From IMG/VR virus record IMGVR_UViG_3300030060_006882, positions 10,703 through 74,702 of that record: a stretch of 64,000 nucleotides of DNA. One strand, 5' to 3'. Below are positions 37,595-46,841 of the stretch, piece by piece. The first letter of the stretch is position 1, and every line of letters starts with the position of its first letter. A program made the translations under genes and the position numbers. Below the pieces are notes generated by a model. The model saw only the letters and a list, made by a program, of their open reading frames with translations, was not told where the DNA came from and did no database searches. The stretch is from a virus.

Positions 37595-38466
37595 GAATAT
37601 TTTTCCAATTGAGAGTCAAACTTTGAAATAAGCTCAGTCATGTTTTCTATTATAGCATCTGGATGTGTTTCTGTAAAGGGTTTTGTGTAACATTCTCCTC
37701 TATACTGAGGTTTAAATTCATGTACACCGAAATACTTTTGTTCTATGACATTTCTATTCTGATTTAACACCCAAGGTAAATAAACTTCATCAAAATAATT
37801 ATCAATGGCATTATCTTTACTTATTTTTGTCTTGTAATAATTTATCTTTTGGTAAACCTGATCAGGAAACACATATGAGTAATGATACATTTTTATGCCA
37901 TAGTTGTGGTATAGTGTATTATGATCCAGATGCTTTTCCGGCCAGGGATTGTCTATCTTATGTGCTATGGTTGGAGGTCTGTGTGTTGCCCAATAAGAAC
38001 CCGGATATACCTTTCGTATTCTCATGAACTCTACATTCTCTTCAAATCCACTCATAGAATTATCGAAACCACCGTAGAAACTACAGCTCTTAAATCCAAC
38101 AGAAGTTGGCTTGTCTGTCTTAAGAATATCAATTAGTTTTTCTATATCTTTAGATTTAAATATTTCATCACAATCAATATTCCAGATGTAATCAGAGTCA
38201 TCATTTAAGTACTGCATGTATGCATTGCACTGATCATCCTTCTCTTTAAATTGACCATGAACTATTTTAATTTTATTATCAGGATCAGGAAAGTTATCAA
38301 GAATATCATTTGTTCCATCAGTTGATGTAGTATAACCCTGCTCTTGCCAGTACTGTACAGGTCCTTCTGAAATCAGAATTTGACTTGCATATGGGTATAT
38401 CGACTTTAGACATTCTTCAAGAACGTAATTACCATTGAATATTATCATTCCTACTGCTAAGTTCAT
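37579..38466 (-). CDS. GT-A glycosyltransferase (GT2-like)
   Basis: STDGT, IDCDE and HYSYV motifs. Confidence 0.8.
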   Translation of the reverse strand: MNLAVGMIIFNGNYVLEECLKSIYPYASQILISEGPVQYWQEQGYTTSTDGTNDILDNFPDPDNKIKIVHGQFKEKDDQCNAYMQYLNDDSDYIWNIDCDEIFKSKDIEKLIDILKTDKPTSVGFKSCSFYGGFDNSMSGFEENVEFMRIRKVYPGSYWATHRPPTIAHKIDNPWPEKHLDHNTLYHNYGIKMYHYSYVFPDQVYQKINYYKTKISKDNAIDNYFDEVYLPWVLNQNRNVIEQKYFGVHEFKPQYRGECYTKPFTETHPDAIIENMTELISKFDSQLEKYSCTNT

Positions 38467-39353
38467 AACGAATACTTCTCTCTTGTTAAAATTAATTTAT
38501 TAAAATAATCATCATATAGGTCTACAACACCCGGATGAATTTTAACATAAGGTCCCCACTCACCCTGTCTGTCCATACTATAAGTACAAGCTTCATAATT
38601 TGGACTAAAATGGCTAAAGTGATTAAAAACTAAATCTTGTTCTATACTAGTCCCCGCATCCAAAACATTACCCAACAGTGTGAAATTCCAAGGAGCACCA
38701 TTACCTACAGTCAAACATAAGTTTTGAATGTTATCCTCACCAAACTCATCTCCAAACAATTCAAGGTATTTTTGATCCCAACAAGCACCAAATATTTGTG
38801 AATATTTATTGTCCGAATAGATACAACAATCTCTCCAAAAGTTCAAACAATCATTACCTACAGAATCATTCTTAAAATAAACAACACCTACATTATAATA
38901 GCCTGGATTTCTAGTTGTTTTATCTAGTCTAATATGTTTATGTGTTATTAAACCAACACTCTTTTCCATTGTATTGAATATTAGATTTACATCTCTATAA
39001 AATAGAATATCAGAGTCGATGTAAAGAACATCTTTACAGTCTACATTGTTCATAATATGGTGCGTAAAAAAAGAGGATAGCATAAAATGGAATGCACTAT
39101 GTCCTTTTTTAGTCTCTTCTTCACTGGAAGTGTTATTTACTTTTAACTTTTCAAAATCTTCACCCTCAAGATCATCTAGAGTGTAGATTACAATATTATC
39201 TTTATTTAACTCTTCCAATTTTTTCTTGGTATCAGAGTCCATTGCCAGATAATGTAAAGTAAAATCACAACTTGCAGTTTCACTCAAAGAGTCATATAGA
39301 GCCAAACCACAACTTAAATAATTATTATCACTTAGAGTTAATAGATGTTTCAT
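38463..39353 (-). CDS. GT-A glycosyltransferase (GT8-like)
   Basis: YIDSDILFY, YNVG, DQKYL, APWN and HFS motifs. Confidence 0.75.
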   Translation of the reverse strand: MKHLLTLSDNNYLSCGLALYDSLSETASCDFTLHYLAMDSDTKKKLEELNKDNIVIYTLDDLEGEDFEKLKVNNTSSEEETKKGHSAFHFMLSSFFTHHIMNNVDCKDVLYIDSDILFYRDVNLIFNTMEKSVGLITHKHIRLDKTTRNPGYYNVGVVYFKNDSVGNDCLNFWRDCCIYSDNKYSQIFGACWDQKYLELFGDEFGEDNIQNLCLTVGNGAPWNFTLLGNVLDAGTSIEQDLVFNHFSHFSPNYEACTYSMDRQGEWGPYVKIHPGVVDLYDDYFNKLILTREKYSL

Positions 39354-39976
39354 GTGTCTGATTTGATGTAAAAAGCATCACCCCAAGTTTGTCCCGCCCA
39401 ACTAGTTTCTTTCCTCTCGAATCCAAAATCTCTTAAAAAAGAATCTAGTTCATCAACTCTTGCACAATTCTCATACAACTCATCTCGATTAACTTCAGCT
39501 ATAATATAATCAATGTTATTTAAAGTTTCCATTGATCCTTTAAATACTTCTAACTCATATCCCTGAACGTCTATATTAATTAGATTAAAATCATTTAAGT
39601 TTTTGTCTTTCATGAAGTTGTCTAATGTTGTAACCTGTACAGTTTCGTTTCCATTAAAAACTATGTGAGGATACTGTTTAGTGTGTAGTGATGGTTTGAG
39701 TAGAGAGGAAGACTGTCCCATATTTGCAGTTTCTGTGTACATTTTCATTTCTGATTCGGATGAACCCAATGCAATATTAACACAATCATAGTTATGTTTT
39801 GAAACATTAAGTTCACATACAGAAAAACTACTCTTCATTGGTTCAAAGAAAATTGCATTTTCAACTTTTAAATTATGATATAAACTAGACTCTTCTCCAA
39901 AGTGTCCTCCAATATGGAGAATCCCTTTTATATTCATATCATAAAATTCATTCAATTTATATAAGTCAAGTAACAT
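39350..39976 (-). CDS. FkbM-family methyltransferase
   Basis: HIGGH.GEE, FEP, SSSLL and IDVQGYELEVFKG motifs. Confidence 0.9.
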   Translation of the reverse strand: MLLDLYKLNEFYDMNIKGILHIGGHFGEESSLYHNLKVENAIFFEPMKSSFSVCELNVSKHNYDCVNIALGSSESEMKMYTETANMGQSSSLLKPSLHTKQYPHIVFNGNETVQVTTLDNFMKDKNLNDFNLINIDVQGYELEVFKGSMETLNNIDYIIAEVNRDELYENCARVDELDSFLRDFGFERKETSWAGQTWGDAFYIKSDT

Positions 39977-39977
39977 A

Positions 39978-40829
39978 TTAGCCTCTCAGATAATTAATAT
40001 TCATATAATCTTCTATTGTTCTAAATTTCTGAACCAATTCGAAGTTTTCTTTTATAGCATCCATTTTACTTTCATAATATTCTGGTGTCAAGTTATTTAC
40101 TACGTCTAATATTTCTTCATTACTCTTATCGTTTATAAAAATAACACCATCAGTATTAAAATACTTTCCTAGATCAGTAGCACCCAAATATATTGGTATG
40201 GTTCCTGTTGCAAAACAGTTCATTAATTTTTCAGTAAAATACCACTTATCTATATAATTCTCTAATACTATACTGTATCTATAGTCATGTAGACTGTGGT
40301 ATATTTTACCTTCTCCTGTAGGAGAAGCACATCCTATTGTCACAACAACTGAATCTGTATTATCTTTTAAATAGTTTGCCAACTGCAATCTAAATTTATG
40401 AAGATCATTCATCTCTTTGGTGGAGGAGACCATAGAAATCATCTTTGATTTATTGTGTAGTTTAATTTCACCTCCACCATATGCTCCAACCCAAATACCA
40501 CCTCCCGGAACCCATTTACACTTATCTGGATAAGTTTCAACTAAATATGAATTTGGAGTAAACACCACCTTAAATTTATTGAGGTTCTTTTCTAGATAAT
40601 CATAAACCTGTGGTATCAATCCTCTTGATTCATAAAGCAATGCATACCCAGGCACATGTTCTGTTAATGGATTTGCAACATCAAAGTTAACAAAAAAAGT
40701 TTCGTAATTTGGATTATATTTCCAATTCCAATCAAACGTATCTGGAACTTGAGTAGCTACAGCATAATAACCAGGTCCACCCATAGTGGAATCCAAAACA
40801 TTATAAATGTCTTTCAAATTAAAATCCAT
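39978..40829 (-). CDS. GT10 alpha-1,3/4-fucosyltransferase-like
   Basis: YRYSIVLEN....YFTEKL..CFATGTIPIYLG motif. Confidence 0.85.
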   Translation of the reverse strand: MDFNLKDIYNVLDSTMGGPGYYAVATQVPDTFDWNWKYNPNYETFFVNFDVANPLTEHVPGYALLYESRGLIPQVYDYLEKNLNKFKVVFTPNSYLVETYPDKCKWVPGGGIWVGAYGGGEIKLHNKSKMISMVSSTKEMNDLHKFRLQLANYLKDNTDSVVVTIGCASPTGEGKIYHSLHDYRYSIVLENYIDKWYFTEKLMNCFATGTIPIYLGATDLGKYFNTDGVIFINDKSNEEILDVVNNLTPEYYESKMDAIKENFELVQKFRTIEDYMNINYLRG

Positions 40830-41581
40830 TCTTTTTCATAAATAGAACCATCATTTCTATATTCTAAAGTATCTCCAAACCACCTCTTTGGTGCTACAGA
40901 AATACCACCACCCAACCAAGCACCCCACCAGCTAAAACTGCTGTTAGATAAAACATGAGCATCACATAAAGTCATTGCACACATATCTTCGTACATACTA
41001 TCTAACCCGGAATATAGATATTCATCACCAAAAGTTTCTTTACACCATCCAATATCATCCGATATAATCAGAGGAGTCTTGTCTTTAAATTCAGATATAC
41101 CCTGAAGATAATATTCTTTACTCTGAGGAGGATGACAATCAGAAAGACTCACATAGTCTCCACGTCTAACGTGAACCGACACTAATCCATTTACATCCAA
41201 TGAATCAATAAAATCTTGAACTTTGTTTTTTATTTCGTCTTTAAATGTAAATTCTTTTCTTACTATATCTTTGCAATGTGAAAAGTAATCTGAATTTTGA
41301 AAGTAACCGTGTATGTTTGTATTTTCAGGAAGTGCTAATAAAGCACCGCTTTCCATAAAATTTAATTTAGGATTGATCTCAGTTTCGTAGTTTAGATTAA
41401 ACATATCACCTAAAACGAATCTTTCGTTATACCCCAACCCACCAATCTCAGTTTCTTCTGAATTTCTTTTTGGTATACCCCACTTCTGGTTTGAGTGTGT
41501 TGCAAAACCAACAAGAGCGGCATACTGAAACATCTGATTGCCAAGTCTACCAAAATATCCAAGTCGTTCAAATGATATCAT
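40814..41581 (-). CDS. GT11 alpha-1,2-fucosyltransferase
   Basis: GRLGNQMFQYA, GYFQ, HVRRGDY and NSSFSWWGAWL motifs. Confidence 0.92.
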   Translation of the reverse strand: MISFERLGYFGRLGNQMFQYAALVGFATHSNQKWGIPKRNSEETEIGGLGYNERFVLGDMFNLNYETEINPKLNFMESGALLALPENTNIHGYFQNSDYFSHCKDIVRKEFTFKDEIKNKVQDFIDSLDVNGLVSVHVRRGDYVSLSDCHPPQSKEYYLQGISEFKDKTPLIISDDIGWCKETFGDEYLYSGLDSMYEDMCAMTLCDAHVLSNSSFSWWGAWLGGGISVAPKRWFGDTLEYRNDGSIYEKEWILI

Positions 41582-42195
41582 GTTCTAGTCCTAAAGACAG
41601 AAGTTACAGGATGTTGAGTAAATATTGCATTTCTAGGACAGTCTTGATAAAACATAGGTTTCTCAAAACAATATGCTTTGTAATTACCTAATTGCATTCC
41701 ATAGGATTCATCGTAACACTTACCTGTTTCTGCCATATAACGTATGCTATTATAAGACATCTCATTGCAGGTATCTTTATTAATGTAAACTATAGCGTGT
41801 GCGGATGTCATATGTCTGACTCTAAAAATGTCACCATAAATATGTTCAAAGTCAGATCCATTCAGTGTGCTCTCACCAGTCTTTAATCCCCATGCAGAAG
41901 TTCCCAAATAAAATAAATCACTATCATCTGGAATTTCTATCTTAGAATTATACCACTCAGTAATAGCAGCATCATCTTCAAACACAAGACACGGAAACTG
42001 TGCTTGTGAAACACATTCTCTATGAGCTAAACTACATCCTACAATATAAGAAAAATGAGGAGTTGATTTTATCGCATCAAAAAACTCCCAATCTTCAAAT
42101 CCAAGATCATCTAGCATTTTAGAAATTCTAGCTCTGTGGTCAGAATCCTTCAGTGAAATGACATAAGTTTTAAGTTTTCTGATATCAAGTTCCAT
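41578..42195 (-). CDS. GT25-like glycosyltransferase
   Basis: YVISL, FFDA, GCSLAH, FEDDA and AHAI.Y motifs. Confidence 0.8.
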   Translation of the reverse strand: MELDIRKLKTYVISLKDSDHRARISKMLDDLGFEDWEFFDAIKSTPHFSYIVGCSLAHRECVSQAQFPCLVFEDDAAITEWYNSKIEIPDDSDLFYLGTSAWGLKTGESTLNGSDFEHIYGDIFRVRHMTSAHAIVYINKDTCNEMSYNSIRYMAETGKCYDESYGMQLGNYKAYCFEKPMFYQDCPRNAIFTQHPVTSVFRTRT

Positions 42196-42832
42196 ACTCC
42201 ATACCCTTCTTACCCTCTACTGTATGTGTACTACCCCAGTACTGCTTACAGTAAACTTTATCATCACCACTATACTCCAATCCAGAATAATGTCTAGGAA
42301 TAAAATAATGACTCGGGTAGACATGCAGACCGGAGTCATTACCCATCTCTCCAGCTATCGAAGTGAGGAGCATTGGACCTACAACTCTCCATGCAGTTAA
42401 ATTGGGAAGAAGAGCGATCTGATCTGGTGGGTATGTGGATATTCTCTCAATTAGTTTTTTAGCAAGAGGACTATCCTTCTTAGTAGCAAGATATCCATTA
42501 GACATCAATCCTTTGCGAATCTCTTCATTTTCCCAACAACAAAAGGCATCATTTTCTGTTAGGAAATCATCTAGTGGATTTATACATTCGGAATCGGCAT
42601 CTATAAAAAATCCCCCATGAGTATTCAACAACTCATAGCGTAATATATCAGCTTTACCCGCAAGTTCATTCATAGCATCAAATTGTTTTTGATTAGTCAA
42701 TTCTGGCATATTCTCTTCAGTCCAAAGAATATGCTCCCATGAGGGATTCATGTCGATCCAAGTTTGAATTAAAGAATCAGGTCTTTTAGACTGATCGCCC
42801 ACCCAAATCTGGTGTATAATTTTTGGTATCAT
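42185..42832 (-). CDS. GT32 (DXD, Och1/TcdB-like) glycosyltransferase
   Basis: IPKIIHQIW, ADILRYELL..GGFFIDAD and GP motifs. Confidence 0.9.
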   Translation of the reverse strand: MIPKIIHQIWVGDQSKRPDSLIQTWIDMNPSWEHILWTEENMPELTNQKQFDAMNELAGKADILRYELLNTHGGFFIDADSECINPLDDFLTENDAFCCWENEEIRKGLMSNGYLATKKDSPLAKKLIERISTYPPDQIALLPNLTAWRVVGPMLLTSIAGEMGNDSGLHVYPSHYFIPRHYSGLEYSGDDKVYCKQYWGSTHTVEGKKGMEYGT

Positions 42833-42860
42833 AATAAATAAAGTTCACTTTCATAATATA

Positions 42861-43262
42861 CTAATTTCTTCCTATGTGGTATTTAGGGATCAATTCCCAT
42901 TCACCTTTTTCTTTATGTGGGATTATTTTTATCTGAGACATACTAGCTTGTGGTTCTAAATCATCATCTAGTATCTCAAACAATCCCCATTCTTCCATCA
43001 GTCTACAAATAGTGTTTCTTCTTGCAATATCACTCTCAGAGATGTCACTCTGTAAACCGTCCAGAATGAAAAATTCCTTGAAGTGCAATATTGCATATTT
43101 ACCCCTCTTGTGAAGGATATGACAAGACTGATATAACTTCTTCTCTTTTCTAGAGGAAACACCCATTCTAGTCAATGTTTCACGAACTTTTAAGAAATCA
43201 TCAGGGTTTTTCAATTCGATCTCTATGCCGAGACCATCAAATACGTCATTATCTTCTACCAT
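42861..43262 (-). CDS. regA: Translational repressor RegA
   Basis: DDFLKVRETLTRMG..LYQSCHILHKRG.Y..LHFKE; start uncertain. Confidence 0.95.
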   Translation of the reverse strand: MVEDNDVFDGLGIEIELKNPDDFLKVRETLTRMGVSSRKEKKLYQSCHILHKRGKYAILHFKEFFILDGLQSDISESDIARRNTICRLMEEWGLFEILDDDLEPQASMSQIKIIPHKEKGEWELIPKYHIGRN

Positions 43263-43313
43263 ATATAAGTCCCTTAAACTAAGCAAGGCTCTTATATTTA
43301 GTAAAAAGGAGGT

Positions 43314-43694
43314 CTAACCCCCCTTACCACCCCTAGAATAGTTCTCTTTCAGAGCTTTGATTCCTTCTTTACCTAGAACTTCAATAGCCTCCTTTGCCTT
43401 TTTATTGGAGTAATCGAAGTGCTCCTTTATAAACTCTAAATCATCAGAAGACTCCTGTTTCATCCATCTACTAAACCTCTTCCTTTTTCTGACTGAGTTT
43501 AAGAAATAATCATATTGCAGCTTATTATCAACATGAGCATTCCTATTCATTTCATTTGCATAAAGGATAGTATCTGTGAAATAAGAAAGACATCTATTGA
43601 CAATAAACGGAGTATACAACTTCTCCGATTTATTGTCAGTTATCAGATTTTTCTTATTGTCGTTTATGGAATTCAGAAAATCTTTAAGTTGCAT
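43314..43694 (-). CDS. 62: Clamp loader small subunit (gp62)
   Basis: PFIVNRCLS..DTI..NEMN...QYDY...RKRKRFS.W; ATG at 43694. Confidence 0.9.
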   Translation of the reverse strand: MQLKDFLNSINDNKKNLITDNKSEKLYTPFIVNRCLSYFTDTILYANEMNRNAHVDNKLQYDYFLNSVRKRKRFSRWMKQESSDDLEFIKEHFDYSNKKAKEAIEVLGKEGIKALKENYSRGGKGG

Positions 43695-43974
43695 CCCGTA
43701 CCGCCAATAACTCGTTCCCTGGCACCAGATCAAGAACCAAATCTCCAGTTTTGAAGTGTCCTGATGCAGAATTGAGCTTCCAGCAAACCCAGTCACCTTC
43801 TTTAATATCAACTGTGACATAAGGTCCCACCGAATATACCTCACTCCACACCACTAGAGTTTCATCTAATTGACTGTCATTATAGATAATACCTTCAGTT
43901 GTTGTTTTCTCTTCTTTTTGAAGATTGGTTCTCAACGCAACCACATTTCCAATAGCATTAAATTTTTTACTCAT
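43684..43974 (-). CDS. GroES/gp31-like co-chaperonin
   Basis: KTT..GII mobile loop, V.SVGP.V..DIKEGD.V, ELLAV. Confidence 0.65.
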   Translation of the reverse strand: MSKKFNAIGNVVALRTNLQKEEKTTTEGIIYNDSQLDETLVVWSEVYSVGPYVTVDIKEGDWVCWKLNSASGHFKTGDLVLDLVPGNELLAVRDAT

Positions 43975-44906
43975 TTGAATTCGCACCTCATCATTAGTTC
44001 TACTATACATGCTACAAAATTAATTTCCTGATCGGCAACAAAAGCCGACTTATACTGATACTCTGCAATGATTAAAATTGCATCTGGAATAGAATTCTTT
44101 TCCAAGTTATCTGAAAGTGAATCATACATCTTACGGAAAAGCTCTGGAGGTGAGTTATCGAGATTAGAAACAATCCACTTCCTAGCATCTGTAAAATTCT
44201 TATCCTTCATTGCAGAGATCAAATCTTGAATACGAATCTTATCGTAGTCAGATAAGATTCCAACATCAATAGTACCTGAAACAGAATATCTTTGAATCTC
44301 ATTGATAACTCTGCGAAAATCAGGAAAGTGTCTCAAGATTAACTTAGCAAGAACCTTTTCTTCATACTGAATGTTTTCCTGCTCTAAGATAAACGCCAAT
44401 CTAGATAGGAATCTCTTAGCCATTCCTGGCTTTTCTTCTGATGGAATCGAGAATTCTATGTTAGTACATCTAGAGTGGATAGGTGCGATGATTCTGTTCT
44501 TGTAATTGCAGGTGATAATAAATCTACAATTCTTAGAAAACTCTTCGATTGCACCACGTAATGCTGGTTGAATTGAATTTGCATTTGAATAATCAAACTC
44601 ATCCAGAATAACAACTTTAGTATTCCCATTAAGAGAAACTGTGCTTGCAAAGGATCTGATCTTTGTTCTAAGAGTATCGATATTACCATCTTCAGAACAG
44701 TTTATCACAATACTCTCTGCATCTAAATCAGAACACAATGCTTTCGCTACACTTGTCTTACCAGTTCCTGCGGGACCACAAAGAAGTAGATTTTGAGGAG
44801 TTCCCTCTTTAACCATTTCTTCGAAAGTGTCATTTAGATTTTTTGGTAAAATACATTCACTGATCGTCTTTGGACGATACTTTTCTACATACAAATCCAT
44901 ATTCAA
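43971..44906 (-). CDS. 44: Clamp loader large subunit (gp44)
   Basis: VEKYRP, GPAGTGKT, LDEFD and SRC motifs. Confidence 0.95.
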   Translation of the reverse strand: MNMDLYVEKYRPKTISECILPKNLNDTFEEMVKEGTPQNLLLCGPAGTGKTSVAKALCSDLDAESIVINCSEDGNIDTLRTKIRSFASTVSLNGNTKVVILDEFDYSNANSIQPALRGAIEEFSKNCRFIITCNYKNRIIAPIHSRCTNIEFSIPSEEKPGMAKRFLSRLAFILEQENIQYEEKVLAKLILRHFPDFRRVINEIQRYSVSGTIDVGILSDYDKIRIQDLISAMKDKNFTDARKWIVSNLDNSPPELFRKMYDSLSDNLEKNSIPDAILIIAEYQYKSAFVADQEINFVACIVELMMRCEFK

Positions 44907-45604
44907 GAAACTCCGATATTAGATCCTACGGTAGAAGTAAAAGAGCTACTACTCTCTAAAGCAATCCAATAATTCAAATCTAGATTTTTATTACTAAATT
45001 GACTCACGATTTTTTCCGCGAATGAAACATCATAATTTCCGGGAATAATTCTAAGATTATCAATCTTAAAATCAAAATTAAATACGTTACCACTTTCGTT
45101 ATAACCAATATCAATTGAATACGTGTTACTGGTATTGTTCTTGATATCAGAAAGAATAGCAACAATTGAACTACCATCAGTAGAACAGATAGAAAGATCA
45201 CTGAGATTCAGAACAGCAGCAGCTTTCTTCAGTTCACCAAATGCTTCTTCTGTAAGTTCGATGCTCACAACAGACTCAGGCATCTTTACGTCCTTAGTAG
45301 GAACCGTAAGAAGAGATGGCTCTGAGTAAAAATACTTCACAGTAGATCCATTTGATCCTGTAATATCTACGTACTTATCCTTGAAATCAAAGTCTGGATC
45401 GTCAAACAGTGATACTGTTCCCAGAAAACTAGTAAGATCCCAAAGACCAAACTCTACAGGGAAGGATTCAGTTACAGTTGCAGATGACATCACGTTCTTT
45501 GCTGGTGTTAGAGTCTTCAGCAGACTACCTTTACTAATAAGGATGTTTGAATTCAGATCTCTAAAATTCTTCAAAATTGATAGAGTATTCTTCGAAATTT
45601 TCAT
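44903..45604 (-). CDS. 45: Sliding clamp (gp45)
   Basis: MKIS..TL.ILKNF..LN..I, FP..FG..DL..FL and YWIALE. Confidence 0.92.
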   Translation of the reverse strand: MKISKNTLSILKNFRDLNSNILISKGSLLKTLTPAKNVMSSATVTESFPVEFGLWDLTSFLGTVSLFDDPDFDFKDKYVDITGSNGSTVKYFYSEPSLLTVPTKDVKMPESVVSIELTEEAFGELKKAAAVLNLSDLSICSTDGSSIVAILSDIKNNTSNTYSIDIGYNESGNVFNFDFKIDNLRIIPGNYDVSFAEKIVSQFSNKNLDLNYWIALESSSSFTSTVGSNIGVS

Positions 45605-45607
45605 TAA

Positions 45608-45805
45608 TCACTCCAGTTCGGTGTCTTCTAATTCATTCATTATATCAAGATATTTGTCTTCGTCAATAGAAGAACTAGTATAATTATTCAATATTGTTTT
45701 CGTTTGATGTCTATGGTTTTTATGTTCTCTTTTATTTTGAGAACGGTGTGCTTTAGATTCTAACCTGTCATCAAATTTCAATTTTCGTTTTTTCTTAAAA
45801 GCCAT
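45608..45805 (-). CDS. Small protein with basic N-terminus and acidic C-terminus
   Basis: ORF fills the gap upstream of gp45. Confidence 0.55.
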   Translation of the reverse strand: MAFKKKRKLKFDDRLESKAHRSQNKREHKNHRHQTKTILNNYTSSSIDEDKYLDIMNELEDTELE

Positions 45806-45813
45806 TATTTATA

Positions 45814-46128
45814 TTAGATCTCAATCCAATGATTTCCATTGTCATCACTAATCCTTTTATAAGTTATTCCATTAGTTGTATCAAACCACTCATCTCCTGC
45901 TTTTGCATATACAGGAGCCGTGGCACTCTCGTAAAAAACCTGATTTCTAGCTAAAGAAATCCAACCAACTGATTCTCTAAGAATTGGAGATTTTCCAACT
46001 ATAGTCTTAGATGCTATAAAAGTTTCACCATCTAGGTACACCACATCATTCTTCTTGTACACTTTAGGAGTGCCAACTGAAGTTCTTGATTTGAATTCAC
46101 CTAAGATGTTTAACTCTGTTATCTTCAT
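45814..46128 (-). CDS. Small late/virion protein (CBM5/12-like plus fibre motif)
   Basis: Y..NDVV...G..F.A and GDEWFDT..G; TATAAATA at 46151-46158. Confidence 0.55.
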   Translation of the reverse strand: MKITELNILGEFKSRTSVGTPKVYKKNDVVYLDGETFIASKTIVGKSPILRESVGWISLARNQVFYESATAPVYAKAGDEWFDTTNGITYKRISDDNGNHWIEI

Positions 46129-46841
46129 GAAAGTACTCTAAGTAATATAGTATTTATATTAAATCTTCCTGTACATTTCTTTTTCTTAGTCTTAATCTTG
46201 TTTAATTGATTTTCAGAGAAAGCCACGGTTCCACTTGTCAATGTTGCGATGAATGACATACCTCTTCTGCCTACTCTAGCACAATAAGATTTTTCTGTAT
46301 TAAAATCTGAGAGGGTAGTACCTTTCACTGAAAATTTTGTATCAGTTTCATAGTAATACAGATCACCTGTTTTTGTATTATAGGCAAGAAAGGATTTTAC
46401 TGAAAATAATTGTGATGGATCAAACGAGGAGATATTTCCATTCGGTGTTTTTTCCATATACTGAAACTTTTTCAGCATTTGCTCTGGAGTCTTTTTCTTC
46501 TTTTTTCTGGTAATAGTACAGTACGAAACTGTATCAGTGTAAATAGAATCAACAAATTCTCTAAGTTTTTTAATTTTAGTACTACTCAGATAAGAATATC
46601 CCTCAGTCAACTCAGGATCCTTGTCAACAATAACCATATCTAATTCGTCTCTAAAAGCTAGACTAGATTCGATTATTGGTTTGCAATCCGCTCTTTTAGG
46701 TTTTTGTACACGTAAGTACTTTAAAAAACTTCTCTTTTTATTATACTCGTTTGTAGTTAAATTTTCAATAAATTCATCAATCCAAGATTCAACATAACAT
46801 GACAGTTCTTCTGATACTTTAGTTATTTTTGTGCTTGACAT
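46125..46841 (-). CDS. Conserved T4-like hypothetical protein
   Basis: L.EGYS.L, YNTK, VKGTTL..F and GR.N..TILL motifs. Confidence 0.7.
   Translation of the reverse strand: MSSTKITKVSEELSCYVESWIDEFIENLTTNEYNKKRSFLKYLRVQKPKRADCKPIIESSLAFRDELDMVIVDKDPELTEGYSYLSSTKIKKLREFVDSIYTDTVSYCTITRKKKKKTPEQMLKKFQYMEKTPNGNISSFDPSQLFSVKSFLAYNTKTGDLYYYETDTKFSVKGTTLSDFNTEKSYCARVGRRGMSFIATLTSGTVAFSENQLNKIKTKKKKCTGRFNINTILLRVLS

Noticed and set aside
43695-43844. N-terminal extension of gp62 in the ORF track
   Set aside because: Overlaps the GroES-like gene; gp62 similarity starts at ATG 43694
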